NCBI GenBank assembly: GCA_033763905.1
Contig: JANRJP010000006.1
Location: forward strand, 1 to 54,849
Length of the DNA stretch: 54,849 bases
Direction: 5' to 3'
DNA from: Gemmatimonadaceae bacterium
GTDB lineage: Bacteria > Gemmatimonadota > Gemmatimonadetes > Gemmatimonadales > Gemmatimonadaceae
The notes beneath the pieces were generated by a model, which made no database searches, was not told the origin of the DNA, and saw nothing but the letters and a program-made list of their open reading frames with translations. Position numbers and translations under genes: made by a program. Positions 17,900 through 26,088 of this stretch are shown here, piece by piece. The stretch's first letter is position 1, and every line of letters starts with the position of its first letter.

Positions 17900-18952
17900 T
17901 CAGCTCACCGCACGCAGGAGCATTTGGTTGCGTTCGTCGGCGACCTCGGCGGCATCGCGCGCCACCGGCAGCACCACGTGCAACGCCGCACCGCCCTCGC
18001 GGGCACGCTGCACCCACACCGTCCCGCGCGCCTGCTCGATCACGCGGCGCGCCGTGGTGAGGCCGATCCCCCCGCCGACGGCGGGGTCGTAGAGCCGCTT
18101 CTCGATGTCGGCGGGAATGCCGTCGCCGCTATCGGCCACGATGAACTTCACCACCTCGGCCGGCGGGTTGCCTTCGCGAAGCCAGCGCTCGAGACGCGGG
18201 TTCGCGCGGCGAGGAATGATCGTGAGCCCCGGATCCGTCTGTCGACGTACCGTCGGCTCCTCGAGCTGCACCCGCGGGATACGGCGAACGTAGACGCCGA
18301 CGACCGGCTTGGTCCCCCCAGCCGCGACGGCGTGCTGCAGAAACGCCGTGGCCAGCCGCTCGACCGCGTCGGACGTCCCTGGAATCGGACAGGGATTCTC
18401 GTCGAGGTCGAGCGTGAGCGACACGCTGCGGGTGGCCGTGGTACTGCGAACGGCCGCGCGGACGGCGGCACAGAGGTCGGTGCGCGCCTCGGGACGCTCT
18501 GCGGCCTGCGCCACGGCAATGACACCGCCGAGCAGATGGTCGAGGCGGGCGAGTTCGGCGACGATGTCATCGAGTCCGGCCCCGACGATCGGATCCGGCA
18601 CGCGCTTGCGCCACGCCGCCGCACGATCGCGAACCGCGGCAATCGCCGGTTCGAGCTCGCGCGCGATCTGCTCCGAGCGGCCGTCACCCGCGCGCGCACG
18701 AGCGGCGGCATCGCGAGCGGCCAGGTCGGCGAGCCGGCGCGCCGCAATGAGCTGGTTGATCCGCGTGACGACCGGCCGCAGCACCGCCGGGACCGCCTCG
18801 CTGTCAACGCGCGCGGTGGGCGCGGCATAGTCGAGCGCCTCGACGGCGGCCGCAAAGTCGCGCACGCGACGCGCCGCGACGGAGACGCCCAAGGCGTACC
18901 CGCAGGCCGTCGCGGCCAGCAACGAGAAAACGACGAGACCGACAATGAGCAT
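17900..18952 (-). CDS. Degenerate membrane histidine-kinase-like protein (TM-HAMP-like-DHp-HATPase; phospho-His absent)
   Basis: GGGAG SD before ATG 18952 and an N-terminal TM. G1 VADSGDGIP and G2 GGGIGL are retained. The H-box reads IARELEP and the N-box reads AFLQHA. Confidence 0.75.
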   Translation of the reverse strand: MLIVGLVVFSLLAATACGYALGVSVAARRVRDFAAAVEALDYAAPTARVDSEAVPAVLRPVVTRINQLIAARRLADLAARDAAARARAGDGRSEQIARELEPAIAAVRDRAAAWRKRVPDPIVGAGLDDIVAELARLDHLLGGVIAVAQAAERPEARTDLCAAVRAAVRSTTATRSVSLTLDLDENPCPIPGTSDAVERLATAFLQHAVAAGGTKPVVGVYVRRIPRVQLEEPTVRRQTDPGLTIIPRRANPRLERWLREGNPPAEVVKFIVADSGDGIPADIEKRLYDPAVGGGIGLTTARRVIEQARGTVWVQRAREGGAALHVVLPVARDAAEVADERNQMLLRAVS

Positions 18953-19004
18953 ATCGCTCCCTTGAGTGTCGGCCGCTGGTGCGGGAGTCCGCAGTGTTCC
19001 CGCG

Positions 19005-19045
19005 GAGAAAACGAAACGGCGGGCCGGGAAATCCCGGCCCGCCGT
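19005..19045 (-). terminator. Intrinsic terminator of pilA
   Basis: Perfect inverted repeat ACGGCGGGCCGGGA / TCCCGGCCCGCCGT (19016-19045), followed on the minus strand by TTCGTTTTCT. Confidence 0.85.
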
Positions 19046-19064
19046 CAGACTGCAGAACCGCTGC

Positions 19065-19517
19065 TTAGTAGCAGGTCGGCTCGCCTTCCTGCTGCGACTT
19101 GGCCGACCAGAGGATCGCGCCCGAGCCGGGGTTACCGACGAAGATCGAGCACTTCTGGGTCGTACCCGGACGCTCAACCGAGGCGCCCCAACCCGACGAC
19201 ACACCGAGGGTCGTCGAGCCCGAGCCGAACACCGACACGCCCGTCGACGGCTGCCAGATCACGTTGCCGGCCTTGTCGTACAGCTTCACGGCCGCGATGG
19301 TGTTGTCGCCGTCGCCCGGCGTGCCGTAGACCTGGTAGTCACCGAAGTAGGTCTCCTGGGCGGTCGCCAGGTTGCGGAGATCGGACTTCATGGCCGACAC
19401 GTACGCCTTTTCCTTCGTGTTGGCGAACTTCGGGATCGCGATCGCGGCGAGAATGCCGATGATCACGACGACGATCAGAAGTTCGATCAGCGTAAAGCCC
19501 TTGCGCGTGGTCTTCAT
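19065..19517 (-). CDS. pilA: Type IVa major pilin (150 aa)
   Basis: MKTTRKG|FTLIELLIVVVIIGILAAIAIPKF, a C-terminal Cys pair and a GGAG SD. Monocistronic between a sigma54 promoter and a terminator, downstream of pilSR. Confidence 0.92.
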   Translation of the reverse strand: MKTTRKGFTLIELLIVVVIIGILAAIAIPKFANTKEKAYVSAMKSDLRNLATAQETYFGDYQVYGTPGDGDNTIAAVKLYDKAGNVIWQPSTGVSVFGSGSTTLGVSSGWGASVERPGTTQKCSIFVGNPGSGAILWSAKSQQEGEPTCY

Positions 19518-19569
19518 TGGTCTGCTGTCTCCGAAAAGGAGGTGGGGGGGAGGGTTTGCCGAGGTGTTT

Positions 19570-19585
19570 TGCAAAGGTCGGGCCG
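19570..19585 (-). promoter_or_regulatory. Sigma54 (-24/-12) promoter of pilA
   Basis: Minus strand CGGCCCGACCTTTGCA = GG-N10-GC with TTGCA, about 50 nt upstream of the ATG and adjacent to the sigma54 activator gene. Confidence 0.75.
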
Positions 19586-19715
19586 CGGCAGCGTGTCTCG
19601 CGTATCTGACGACTTGGCAAACACTTAGGTCACAGCCTTCGGATCGGTCCCCCCGCTCGAAGGGGGGCAAGATGCTCCCACCAAGCACAAGCTGCACGGT
19701 CAACAGTTCGCGCAG

Positions 19716-19732
19716 TGTGCTGTTTCGCGACA
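19716..19732. promoter_or_regulatory. Candidate PilR upstream activator site (TGT-N11-ACA)
   Basis: TGTGCTGTTTCGCGACA lies about 130 bp upstream of the -24 element. A partial IHF-like site (TAAGTGTTTG on the minus strand, 19618-19627) lies in between. Confidence 0.4.
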
Positions 19733-19733
19733 G

Positions 19734-21125
19734 TTACTCCACGGTCTGATCGGAGTAGCGAGCGAGCTTCCGGTTGAGCGTCGAGGGGTCGATATCGAGC
19801 ACCTCTGCCGCGCGGGTCTTGTTCCCGCCTTCGGCCTGCAGCACCCAATTGATGTACGCCCGCTCGATTGCCTCCAGCGTTGGGTTGGCGGGCAGGCGAT
19901 CCGACACCAGCGGCTCGGCCTTGCGGGTGACAATGCGCTCCGGAAGGGACTCGACGCCGATCGACGCGCCGTCGGACAGGATGTATGCGCGCTCCAGCGC
20001 GTTCTCGAGCTCGCGCACGTTGCCAGGCCAGGCGTAGGACTGCAGCACTTCGGTCGCCTCGCTGGTCATTCGCTTGGGCGGCTCCCCGCGCCCGGCGGCC
20101 AGCGTCAACAGGAATTGCTCGGTCAAGAGCGGAATGTCCTGCCGACGGTCCCGCAACGGTGGGAGATGGATCTGGATGACGTTCAATCGATAGAAAAGGT
20201 CCGAGCGGAACCGCCCGGTCTTCATCTCGGCTTCCAAATCGCGGTTGGTCGCGGCAATGAGTCGAGTGTCGATCGGCACGGTTTCGGTGGCCCCGACCGG
20301 AATCACTTCGCGCTGTTGCAACACGCGCAACAGCTTCACCTGCGTCGCTGGGGTCGTTTCGCCGATTTCGTCGAGGAAGAACGTCCCCTTCGCGGCTGCG
20401 AGGAAAAGCCCGGCCTTGTCCTTCACCGCCCCGGTGAAGCTCCCCTTCACGTGGCCGAAGAGTTCACTCTCGAGCAGCGATTCGGGCAGCGCGCCGCAAT
20501 TGATCGACAGAAACGGATGCTCGGTACGACCCGAGAGTTCGTGGATCCACCTCGCCACGACTTCCTTGCCCGTGCCGCTTTCACCTTGGATCAGCACCGT
20601 CGCATCGGTGGGCGCGACCGTCTCCGCGACCTTGAGCGCAGCCACCCACGACGGCGCCCGACCGATCGGGCGACTCGACGCACGGCCGGCCTGCGCGCGG
20701 ATCGCCTGCTTGAGTACGCGATTCTCGGTCGTGAGCACGCGCGTCTCGAGCGCGCGCCGCACGAGCGCAATGATCTCGTCGTTGCGGAAGGGCTTCTGCA
20801 CGTAGTGGAACGCGCCCTCGTTCACCGCCTGCACGGCACTCTGCAACGTGGCCTGCGCCGTCATCAGAATCACCGGGCAGTCGGGATCCCGCTGCTTGAC
20901 GGCCGCAAGCAACTGCACGCCATCGACGACCGGCATCCGGATATCGCTCAGGACGACATCCGGCCGACTGGCGTTGAGCTGTTCGAGGCCGGCGCGGCCG
21001 CCCTGCGCCGTGATGACCTGCCAGCCTTCGCTGCGCAGCAGAATGCGGAGCGATTCGAGAATGCCGGCTTCGTCATCGACGACGAGTACGGTCGGTGCCG
21101 TACTGGATGCCGCAGTCGAGGTCAT
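19734..21125 (-). CDS. pilR: Sigma54-dependent response regulator (REC-AAA+-HTH), PilR-like
   Basis: VLVVDDE..SDIRMP receiver, GESGTGKE, ESELFGHVKGSFTGA, FLDEIGE, FRSDLFYRLNV, WPGNVRELEN, Fis-type HTH. Confidence 0.9.
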   Translation of the reverse strand: MTSTAASSTAPTVLVVDDEAGILESLRILLRSEGWQVITAQGGRAGLEQLNASRPDVVLSDIRMPVVDGVQLLAAVKQRDPDCPVILMTAQATLQSAVQAVNEGAFHYVQKPFRNDEIIALVRRALETRVLTTENRVLKQAIRAQAGRASSRPIGRAPSWVAALKVAETVAPTDATVLIQGESGTGKEVVARWIHELSGRTEHPFLSINCGALPESLLESELFGHVKGSFTGAVKDKAGLFLAAAKGTFFLDEIGETTPATQVKLLRVLQQREVIPVGATETVPIDTRLIAATNRDLEAEMKTGRFRSDLFYRLNVIQIHLPPLRDRRQDIPLLTEQFLLTLAAGRGEPPKRMTSEATEVLQSYAWPGNVRELENALERAYILSDGASIGVESLPERIVTRKAEPLVSDRLPANPTLEAIERAYINWVLQAEGGNKTRAAEVLDIDPSTLNRKLARYSDQTVE

Positions 21126-21133
21126 TGCGGTCC

Positions 21134-22804
21134 TCAGGTCGCGCGCTGCTGGCGCGGCAAAGTGATCGTGAACAGCGTGCCATCTGGACCGGTATCCACG
21201 CCAATGACGCCGTGATGGGCGTCGACGGCCCGATGGGTCACGGGCAGCCCGAGTCCGTGTCCGCCGGACTTGGTCGTGATGAACGGCTGAAAGAGTCGCT
21301 CGCGTACTTCGGGAGCAAGGCCGGGGCCGGTGTCGCGCACCTCTACGGTGACGACGTCGGGGCCCAGGCGTGCCGCGTCCCGCGACTGCTGACTCTGACC
21401 CTCCAACAAGCGAATCGACAGCTGGCCGCCCTCGGGCATCGCCTGCACCGCGTTGAGCATCAGGTTGAGCAGCGCGCGGGTCAGCAGGTCGCTGTCGACG
21501 TCCGCGACGCAGGTGGCCTCGGGCACGTCGACCACGATCGCCGTCGTGTCGCGACGCTCAGGGTGCCGCCGCACGACATCAGCCACGTGCCGGACGAGCT
21601 CGCGGAGCTCGACGGGTGCGAACTGCGCCGGCCGGACGCGGGCGAAGTCGAGGAACTCGCCGAGCAGTCGCGACAAGCGGTCGCTCTCGCGGACGATCAG
21701 GTTCGCCAGCGCGCGCTCGTCGCCCTCGGCGGATACGCGACGGCCGAGTTGCTCGACCGCCGAGCGAATGGCGGCGAGCGGATTGCGGATTTCGTGCGCG
21801 AGCGACGCCGACAGCTCGGCGACGCCTTCCAGGCGCTGTGCCGCGGCGCGGAGTTGCTCGACGCGCTGTTGATCGGAGATGTCGGCGAAAATCGCGGTGG
21901 CGCTGCGGCCGATGTCGTCGTCGCCGACGACCGTTGTCGTGACCCCAATGGGAAAGCTCCGCTCGCGCACCGAGACGATGGCATCGGCCCGCAGCGCACG
22001 CACGCCCTGCTGCGCGGTGCGCGTGAGTGCGTCGGCGAGCGCAGGCGCCCGGGCCGCCAGATCGTCCATCACCGGCCGGCCGACGCGAGACTCGAGCGGA
22101 ATCGCCAGGAGTCGACTTGCCGCGGGGTTCGCGTAGAGCAGCCGTCCGCCGGCATCCACCGTGACCACCCCACTGTCCAGCGCGCGCAGCACATCCGCGG
22201 CTTGCAGACGCACCAGGACGAGCTCTTCGACCAGCCGCTCCGTACCCGCACCGGCGCGGCGCAGTCGCTCGGCGACGAACCCCGAGCCGATCGCGACGAA
22301 GCCGAACACGCCGGTTTGCAGGAGCACGGCGCCTTCGAGCCGCGTTTCCAGAAACACGAACGCCACCAACACGTAGAGCGCGCAACCCAGCAGGGCCACC
22401 AAGAGCGAACTGCCCACCGGCAGCCAGAGCGCTGCCACCGCGATCACCAGCACATACACCGCGGCGAAGGGCGAGCTCGGACCACCCGTCGCAGCGACGA
22501 TGGCGCTGACGAGGGCGAGATCGAACAGGGTCTGCGCGTAGAGGAATCCGCGCGTCAGGGGCCGTTCCCAGATCTCCGACCAGACCACGCTGGCCGACGT
22601 CACGCCCATCGCGAGCACCAGAGACACCGACGCGAAGAGCGTCTGGGTCTGCGGCGCGTCGAGCCAGCGGGTCAAGGCGGCGACGAAGATGGCGACGGCG
22701 AATGCCAGCCGCCCCACATAGACGAAGCGCAGCACCCGCCCCGGGTCGAGCGGGGCGAATCCCGGGATCGGGAGCGTCGAGGTGGGCGTTGGCATCGGTG
22801 TCAC
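21134..22804 (-). CDS. pilS: Membrane sensor histidine kinase (multi-TM + PAS + HK), PilS-like
   Basis: TM region with DLALVSAIVAATGGPSSPF, PAS (YANPAASRLL), LAHEIRNPL, NLMLNAVQA, DTGPG, FQPFITTK, GHGLGL. Confidence 0.88.
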   Translation of the reverse strand: MTPMPTPTSTLPIPGFAPLDPGRVLRFVYVGRLAFAVAIFVAALTRWLDAPQTQTLFASVSLVLAMGVTSASVVWSEIWERPLTRGFLYAQTLFDLALVSAIVAATGGPSSPFAAVYVLVIAVAALWLPVGSSLLVALLGCALYVLVAFVFLETRLEGAVLLQTGVFGFVAIGSGFVAERLRRAGAGTERLVEELVLVRLQAADVLRALDSGVVTVDAGGRLLYANPAASRLLAIPLESRVGRPVMDDLAARAPALADALTRTAQQGVRALRADAIVSVRERSFPIGVTTTVVGDDDIGRSATAIFADISDQQRVEQLRAAAQRLEGVAELSASLAHEIRNPLAAIRSAVEQLGRRVSAEGDERALANLIVRESDRLSRLLGEFLDFARVRPAQFAPVELRELVRHVADVVRRHPERRDTTAIVVDVPEATCVADVDSDLLTRALLNLMLNAVQAMPEGGQLSIRLLEGQSQQSRDAARLGPDVVTVEVRDTGPGLAPEVRERLFQPFITTKSGGHGLGLPVTHRAVDAHHGVIGVDTGPDGTLFTITLPRQQRAT

Positions 22805-22871
22805 GGCGATCGGCGCAATCTGTCGCCATCGTATATTGCGGCGCTACGACTCCCGTCTTCGCGAGGCCGAT

Positions 22872-24197
22872 CTGGACGCTCCATCCTTTACCGCCGGCAG
22901 CGTCGCCACCCGCCTCTTGGTGGTGCTGGTGCTGGTGCTGGCCAACGCGTTCTTCGTCGCGGCCGAGTTCGCGCTGGTGGCGGCGCGGCGATCGCGGATC
23001 GCCGAGATGGCCGCGACGGGCGACCGGCGCGCCAAGGTCGTCGAGGGGGCCCTGCAGCACCTCGATCGCTACATCTCGGGGACGCAGCTGGGGATCACGC
23101 TCGCGTCGCTGGCCCTGGGCTGGGTCGGTGAGCCGGCGATCGCCGTCCTGATCGATGCGGGGCTGGCCAAGTTCGGCATCGCGGCGCCCTCGGCGGCGGT
23201 GCACAGCGGCGCGGCGATCGCCACCGCGTTCGCGGTGATCACCTTTCTGCACATCGTGCTGGGCGAGCTCGCGCCCAAGGCGTTGGCGCTCTCGCGGCCG
23301 GAGGAAGTGAGCCGCTGGGTCGCGTGGCCGCTGATCCAATTCTCGCGGCTGATGAACCCGTTCATCGTCGTGCTGAACGGCACGGCCAACGCGATGCTGC
23401 GTGCGGTGGGCATCTCGCCGGCCTCGGAGTCACAGCACGTGCACTCGGCCGACGAACTGCGGATGCTGGTCGTGCAGGCGCGGGCCCAGGGCACCTTGGC
23501 CGCCAGCGACACGGCCATGCTCGAAGGCGTCTTCGACTTCCGCCGCAAGAAGGTGCGCGACGTGATGCGGCCGCGGACCGAGATTGCCGGCATTCCCGAC
23601 GACGCGAGCGAAGCCGAGGTGCTCGCCACCTTGCAGCAGGAGCGCTACTCGCGGTACCCGGTCTTCCGCGAAACGGTCGATGACATTGCGGGCGTCTTGC
23701 TCGCGAAGGACGTCTGGTTGCGCGACACCTCCGCGCCATTCGACCTCAAGGCGCTCACGCGGGAAGTGCTGTTCGTGCCCGATGTGCGGCCAGCCGAGCG
23801 CGTGCTCGACGATCTGCGCCGCACGCGCGCACATCTTGCCGTCGTCCTCGACGAGTACGGTGGCACCGCCGGCATCGTGACGCTCGAGGATCTGGTCGAA
23901 GAAGTGGTCGGGGACATCGCCGACGAGTACGACCAGCTCAACCGCGTGTCGCTCGAGCTGGACGGCATTCTGGAGTTGGCGGGTTCGCTGTCATTGGTGG
24001 ACGTGCGGTCCGACTTCCGCGTGGCGGTCCCCGATGGCGACTGGACCACGCTGGGCGGCTTCGTCTTTTCGGCGCTGGGCCGACTGCCCAAGGTCGGTGA
24101 TCTGGTGCAGGTTCCGGGAGCGGAGCTCGAAGTCGTTGCGATGGATGGCCGTCGAGTGGCGGCAGTCCGCGTGTTGCGCAAACTGCAGGAGAAGTGA
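22872..24197 (+). CDS. Hemolysin-family CNNM/CorC transporter (DUF21-CBS-CorC)
   Basis: NAFFVAAEFAL, QLGITLASLALG, HIVLGELAPK, VMRPRT, YSRYPV, DEYGGTAGIVTLED, TLGGF. The start is uncertain: CTG 22872 follows GAGG, while the ORF-track GTG 22782 overlaps pilS. Confidence 0.92.
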   Translation: MDAPSFTAGSVATRLLVVLVLVLANAFFVAAEFALVAARRSRIAEMAATGDRRAKVVEGALQHLDRYISGTQLGITLASLALGWVGEPAIAVLIDAGLAKFGIAAPSAAVHSGAAIATAFAVITFLHIVLGELAPKALALSRPEEVSRWVAWPLIQFSRLMNPFIVVLNGTANAMLRAVGISPASESQHVHSADELRMLVVQARAQGTLAASDTAMLEGVFDFRRKKVRDVMRPRTEIAGIPDDASEAEVLATLQQERYSRYPVFRETVDDIAGVLLAKDVWLRDTSAPFDLKALTREVLFVPDVRPAERVLDDLRRTRAHLAVVLDEYGGTAGIVTLEDLVEEVVGDIADEYDQLNRVSLELDGILELAGSLSLVDVRSDFRVAVPDGDWTTLGGFVFSALGRLPKVGDLVQVPGAELEVVAMDGRRVAAVRVLRKLQEK

Positions 24198-24919
24198 TGC
24201 GTCGTCTGTGTCGTACCTTGGCCAGCGTCGGGCTGGGACTGGCTGCGGCTTCGTGGGTCCCTCGGCTCGGCGCGCAAGCGAACGTCGGGTATCCGGCGGT
24301 GGACCGCCCCGTGTCGCGCATTGTGGCCCCGTCGTGGCGCGGGGAGGACGATCGCGATGACGCCGGCGAGTTTGCCGCCGTCGCCAAGACGCTCGACATC
24401 CGACGCGGGCAGGCGGTGGCCGATATCGGTGCGGGCTCGGGCTACTACGTCGCACGCCTGTCGCCATTGGTCGGGCCAAGCGGGGTGGTGTACGCCGAGG
24501 ACATCATTCCGCGCTACCTCGAACAGTTGCGGCGTCGCGTGGCCGACGAGGGGTACGCCAACGTGCGCGTGATCGAAGGCACGCCCGACAATCCGCTGCT
24601 GCCCGACGGCAAGGTGGACATCGCGTTGATGATCCATATGTACCACGAGATCGAAGCGCCCTATCCGCTGCTCGCGCGACTCGCGTCGGCGATGAAGGCG
24701 AGCGGCCGACTCGCGATTCTCGACATCGATGGCCCGACGAACGCCCACGGCACGCCGCTGCCGCTGCTCAAGTGTGAGCTCGGAGTGATGGGGTGGACCT
24801 TCGACCGCAGCGTCACCACCGGACCGGCGGAGTATCTCGCGATCTTCCGGCCGCCCGCGGTGGCGCCGACGCCGGCGGCCGTGCGCGCCTCACTCGCCGT
24901 GCGCCCCTGTCGCCCGTGA
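24194..24919 (+). CDS. Class I SAM-dependent methyltransferase with apparent signal peptide
   Basis: VADIGAGSGY motif I, VYAEDI, HMYHEI, and an N-terminal MRRLCRTLASVGLGLAAASWVPRLGA-Q. Confidence 0.85.
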   Translation: MMRRLCRTLASVGLGLAAASWVPRLGAQANVGYPAVDRPVSRIVAPSWRGEDDRDDAGEFAAVAKTLDIRRGQAVADIGAGSGYYVARLSPLVGPSGVVYAEDIIPRYLEQLRRRVADEGYANVRVIEGTPDNPLLPDGKVDIALMIHMYHEIEAPYPLLARLASAMKASGRLAILDIDGPTNAHGTPLPLLKCELGVMGWTFDRSVTTGPAEYLAIFRPPAVAPTPAAVRASLAVRPCRP

Positions 24920-25374
24920 GTGGTCGACGCGCGGACGACGACGCGTTGCCCGATGTGCTGCGGGTGAACAGTCGGGTCGCGATTCCGCGTCGGGAACTCG
25001 TGGTGCGCGCGTCGCGCGCGGGGGGACCCGGCGGGCAGCACGTCAACACGTCGTCCACCCGTGTCGAGGTCTGCTGGTCGGTGCGCGACAGTCGCGTGAT
25101 CAGTGAGACGGACCGCGCGCGCTTGGCGACCGCGCTGGCCGCTCGGCTCGACGGGGAGGGCGTGCTTCGCGTCGTCGCCGCGGACACACGCAGTCAGACA
25201 CAGAATCGCCTGCTCGCCGAGTCGCGGCTCGCGGCGGTGGTGGCCAAGGCCCTCATCGTGCCCAAGGTGCGGCGCCCAACCGCCCCCTCGCGCGCGGCCA
25301 AGGCCGCGCGATTGACCGACAAGCGTCGCGCGAGTGAGAAGAAAGCCGCGCGGCGGCGGCGCGACGACGACTGA
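24916..25374 (+). CDS. arfB: Alternative ribosome rescue peptidyl-tRNA hydrolase ArfB
   Basis: ASRAGGPGGQHVN GGQ motif, RSQTQNR and a basic tail RRPTAPS..RLTDKRR..KK..RR. GTG overlaps the upstream stop. Confidence 0.93.
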   Translation: MSGRRADDDALPDVLRVNSRVAIPRRELVVRASRAGGPGGQHVNTSSTRVEVCWSVRDSRVISETDRARLATALAARLDGEGVLRVVAADTRSQTQNRLLAESRLAAVVAKALIVPKVRRPTAPSRAAKAARLTDKRRASEKKAARRRRDDD

Positions 25375-25408
25375 GCGCGCGTCGCGCGCGTCGCGTCAGC
25401 GCCACGCC

Positions 25409-26077
25409 TCAGCGTGGCGTATCGCCGTGGTGCTCGGCCTTGAGTCGCGCCAGGGCGTCGCGCCCGAACCGTGCTGCCGTGCTGTTCGGCCAACGATCGA
25501 TGATGCGCCGCAACTCCACAATTGCGCGACCCTTGTCGGCGAGTGGCCCCACATAGAGGTCGACGATGCGCTGCGACACGTACAGCAGGCGCTCCGGTGG
25601 TGTCTGTGCCAAGCCCTGCACCTCGCGGTACAGCGCCAGCGCGCGATCGTGGTGCGCGATCGGGCCCGTGTAGAAGTCGGCTGCCCGCACGCGGACCTCG
25701 GGATCACCCGGACGCTCGCTGATCGCCGACTCCCAGAGCGTCGCCGCAGTGGCGTGATCGCCGCGCACGACGTGGGACTCGATCTGCGAGAAGTCGAACG
25801 TGTACGGCGTGCTGCTGCCATCAGGCTGCAGCGTCCGCAGCGCCAAGGCTCCCGCCGCGTTGCTCAAGCCCAGGGCAGCGCCGAGCGCGCCGAGGGTGCC
25901 GCCAACGAATCCAACGGCAAACCACAGCACCACATACCGGCTTCCGGACCGAGCGGCGGCGAATCCCAGCAACATTGCCGCGATCAATCCGGCCGAGAGT
26001 GACCAGGGCAACGCCCGCAGGATCATCACGTAGCGATCGGGGCCCACCCGATCCGCGATCGATTTTTTGTGCGTCAC
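25409..26077 (-). CDS. Membrane-anchored TPR-like protein
   Basis: Two hydrophobic helices followed by helical repeats (AATLWESAISERPGD, ALALYREV, AIVELRRIIDRWPNS). GTG 26077 chosen from inside a longer ORF. Confidence 0.7.
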   Translation of the reverse strand: MTHKKSIADRVGPDRYVMILRALPWSLSAGLIAAMLLGFAAARSGSRYVVLWFAVGFVGGTLGALGAALGLSNAAGALALRTLQPDGSSTPYTFDFSQIESHVVRGDHATAATLWESAISERPGDPEVRVRAADFYTGPIAHHDRALALYREVQGLAQTPPERLLYVSQRIVDLYVGPLADKGRAIVELRRIIDRWPNSTAARFGRDALARLKAEHHGDTPR

Positions 26078-26088
26078 CAGTGACCGCC

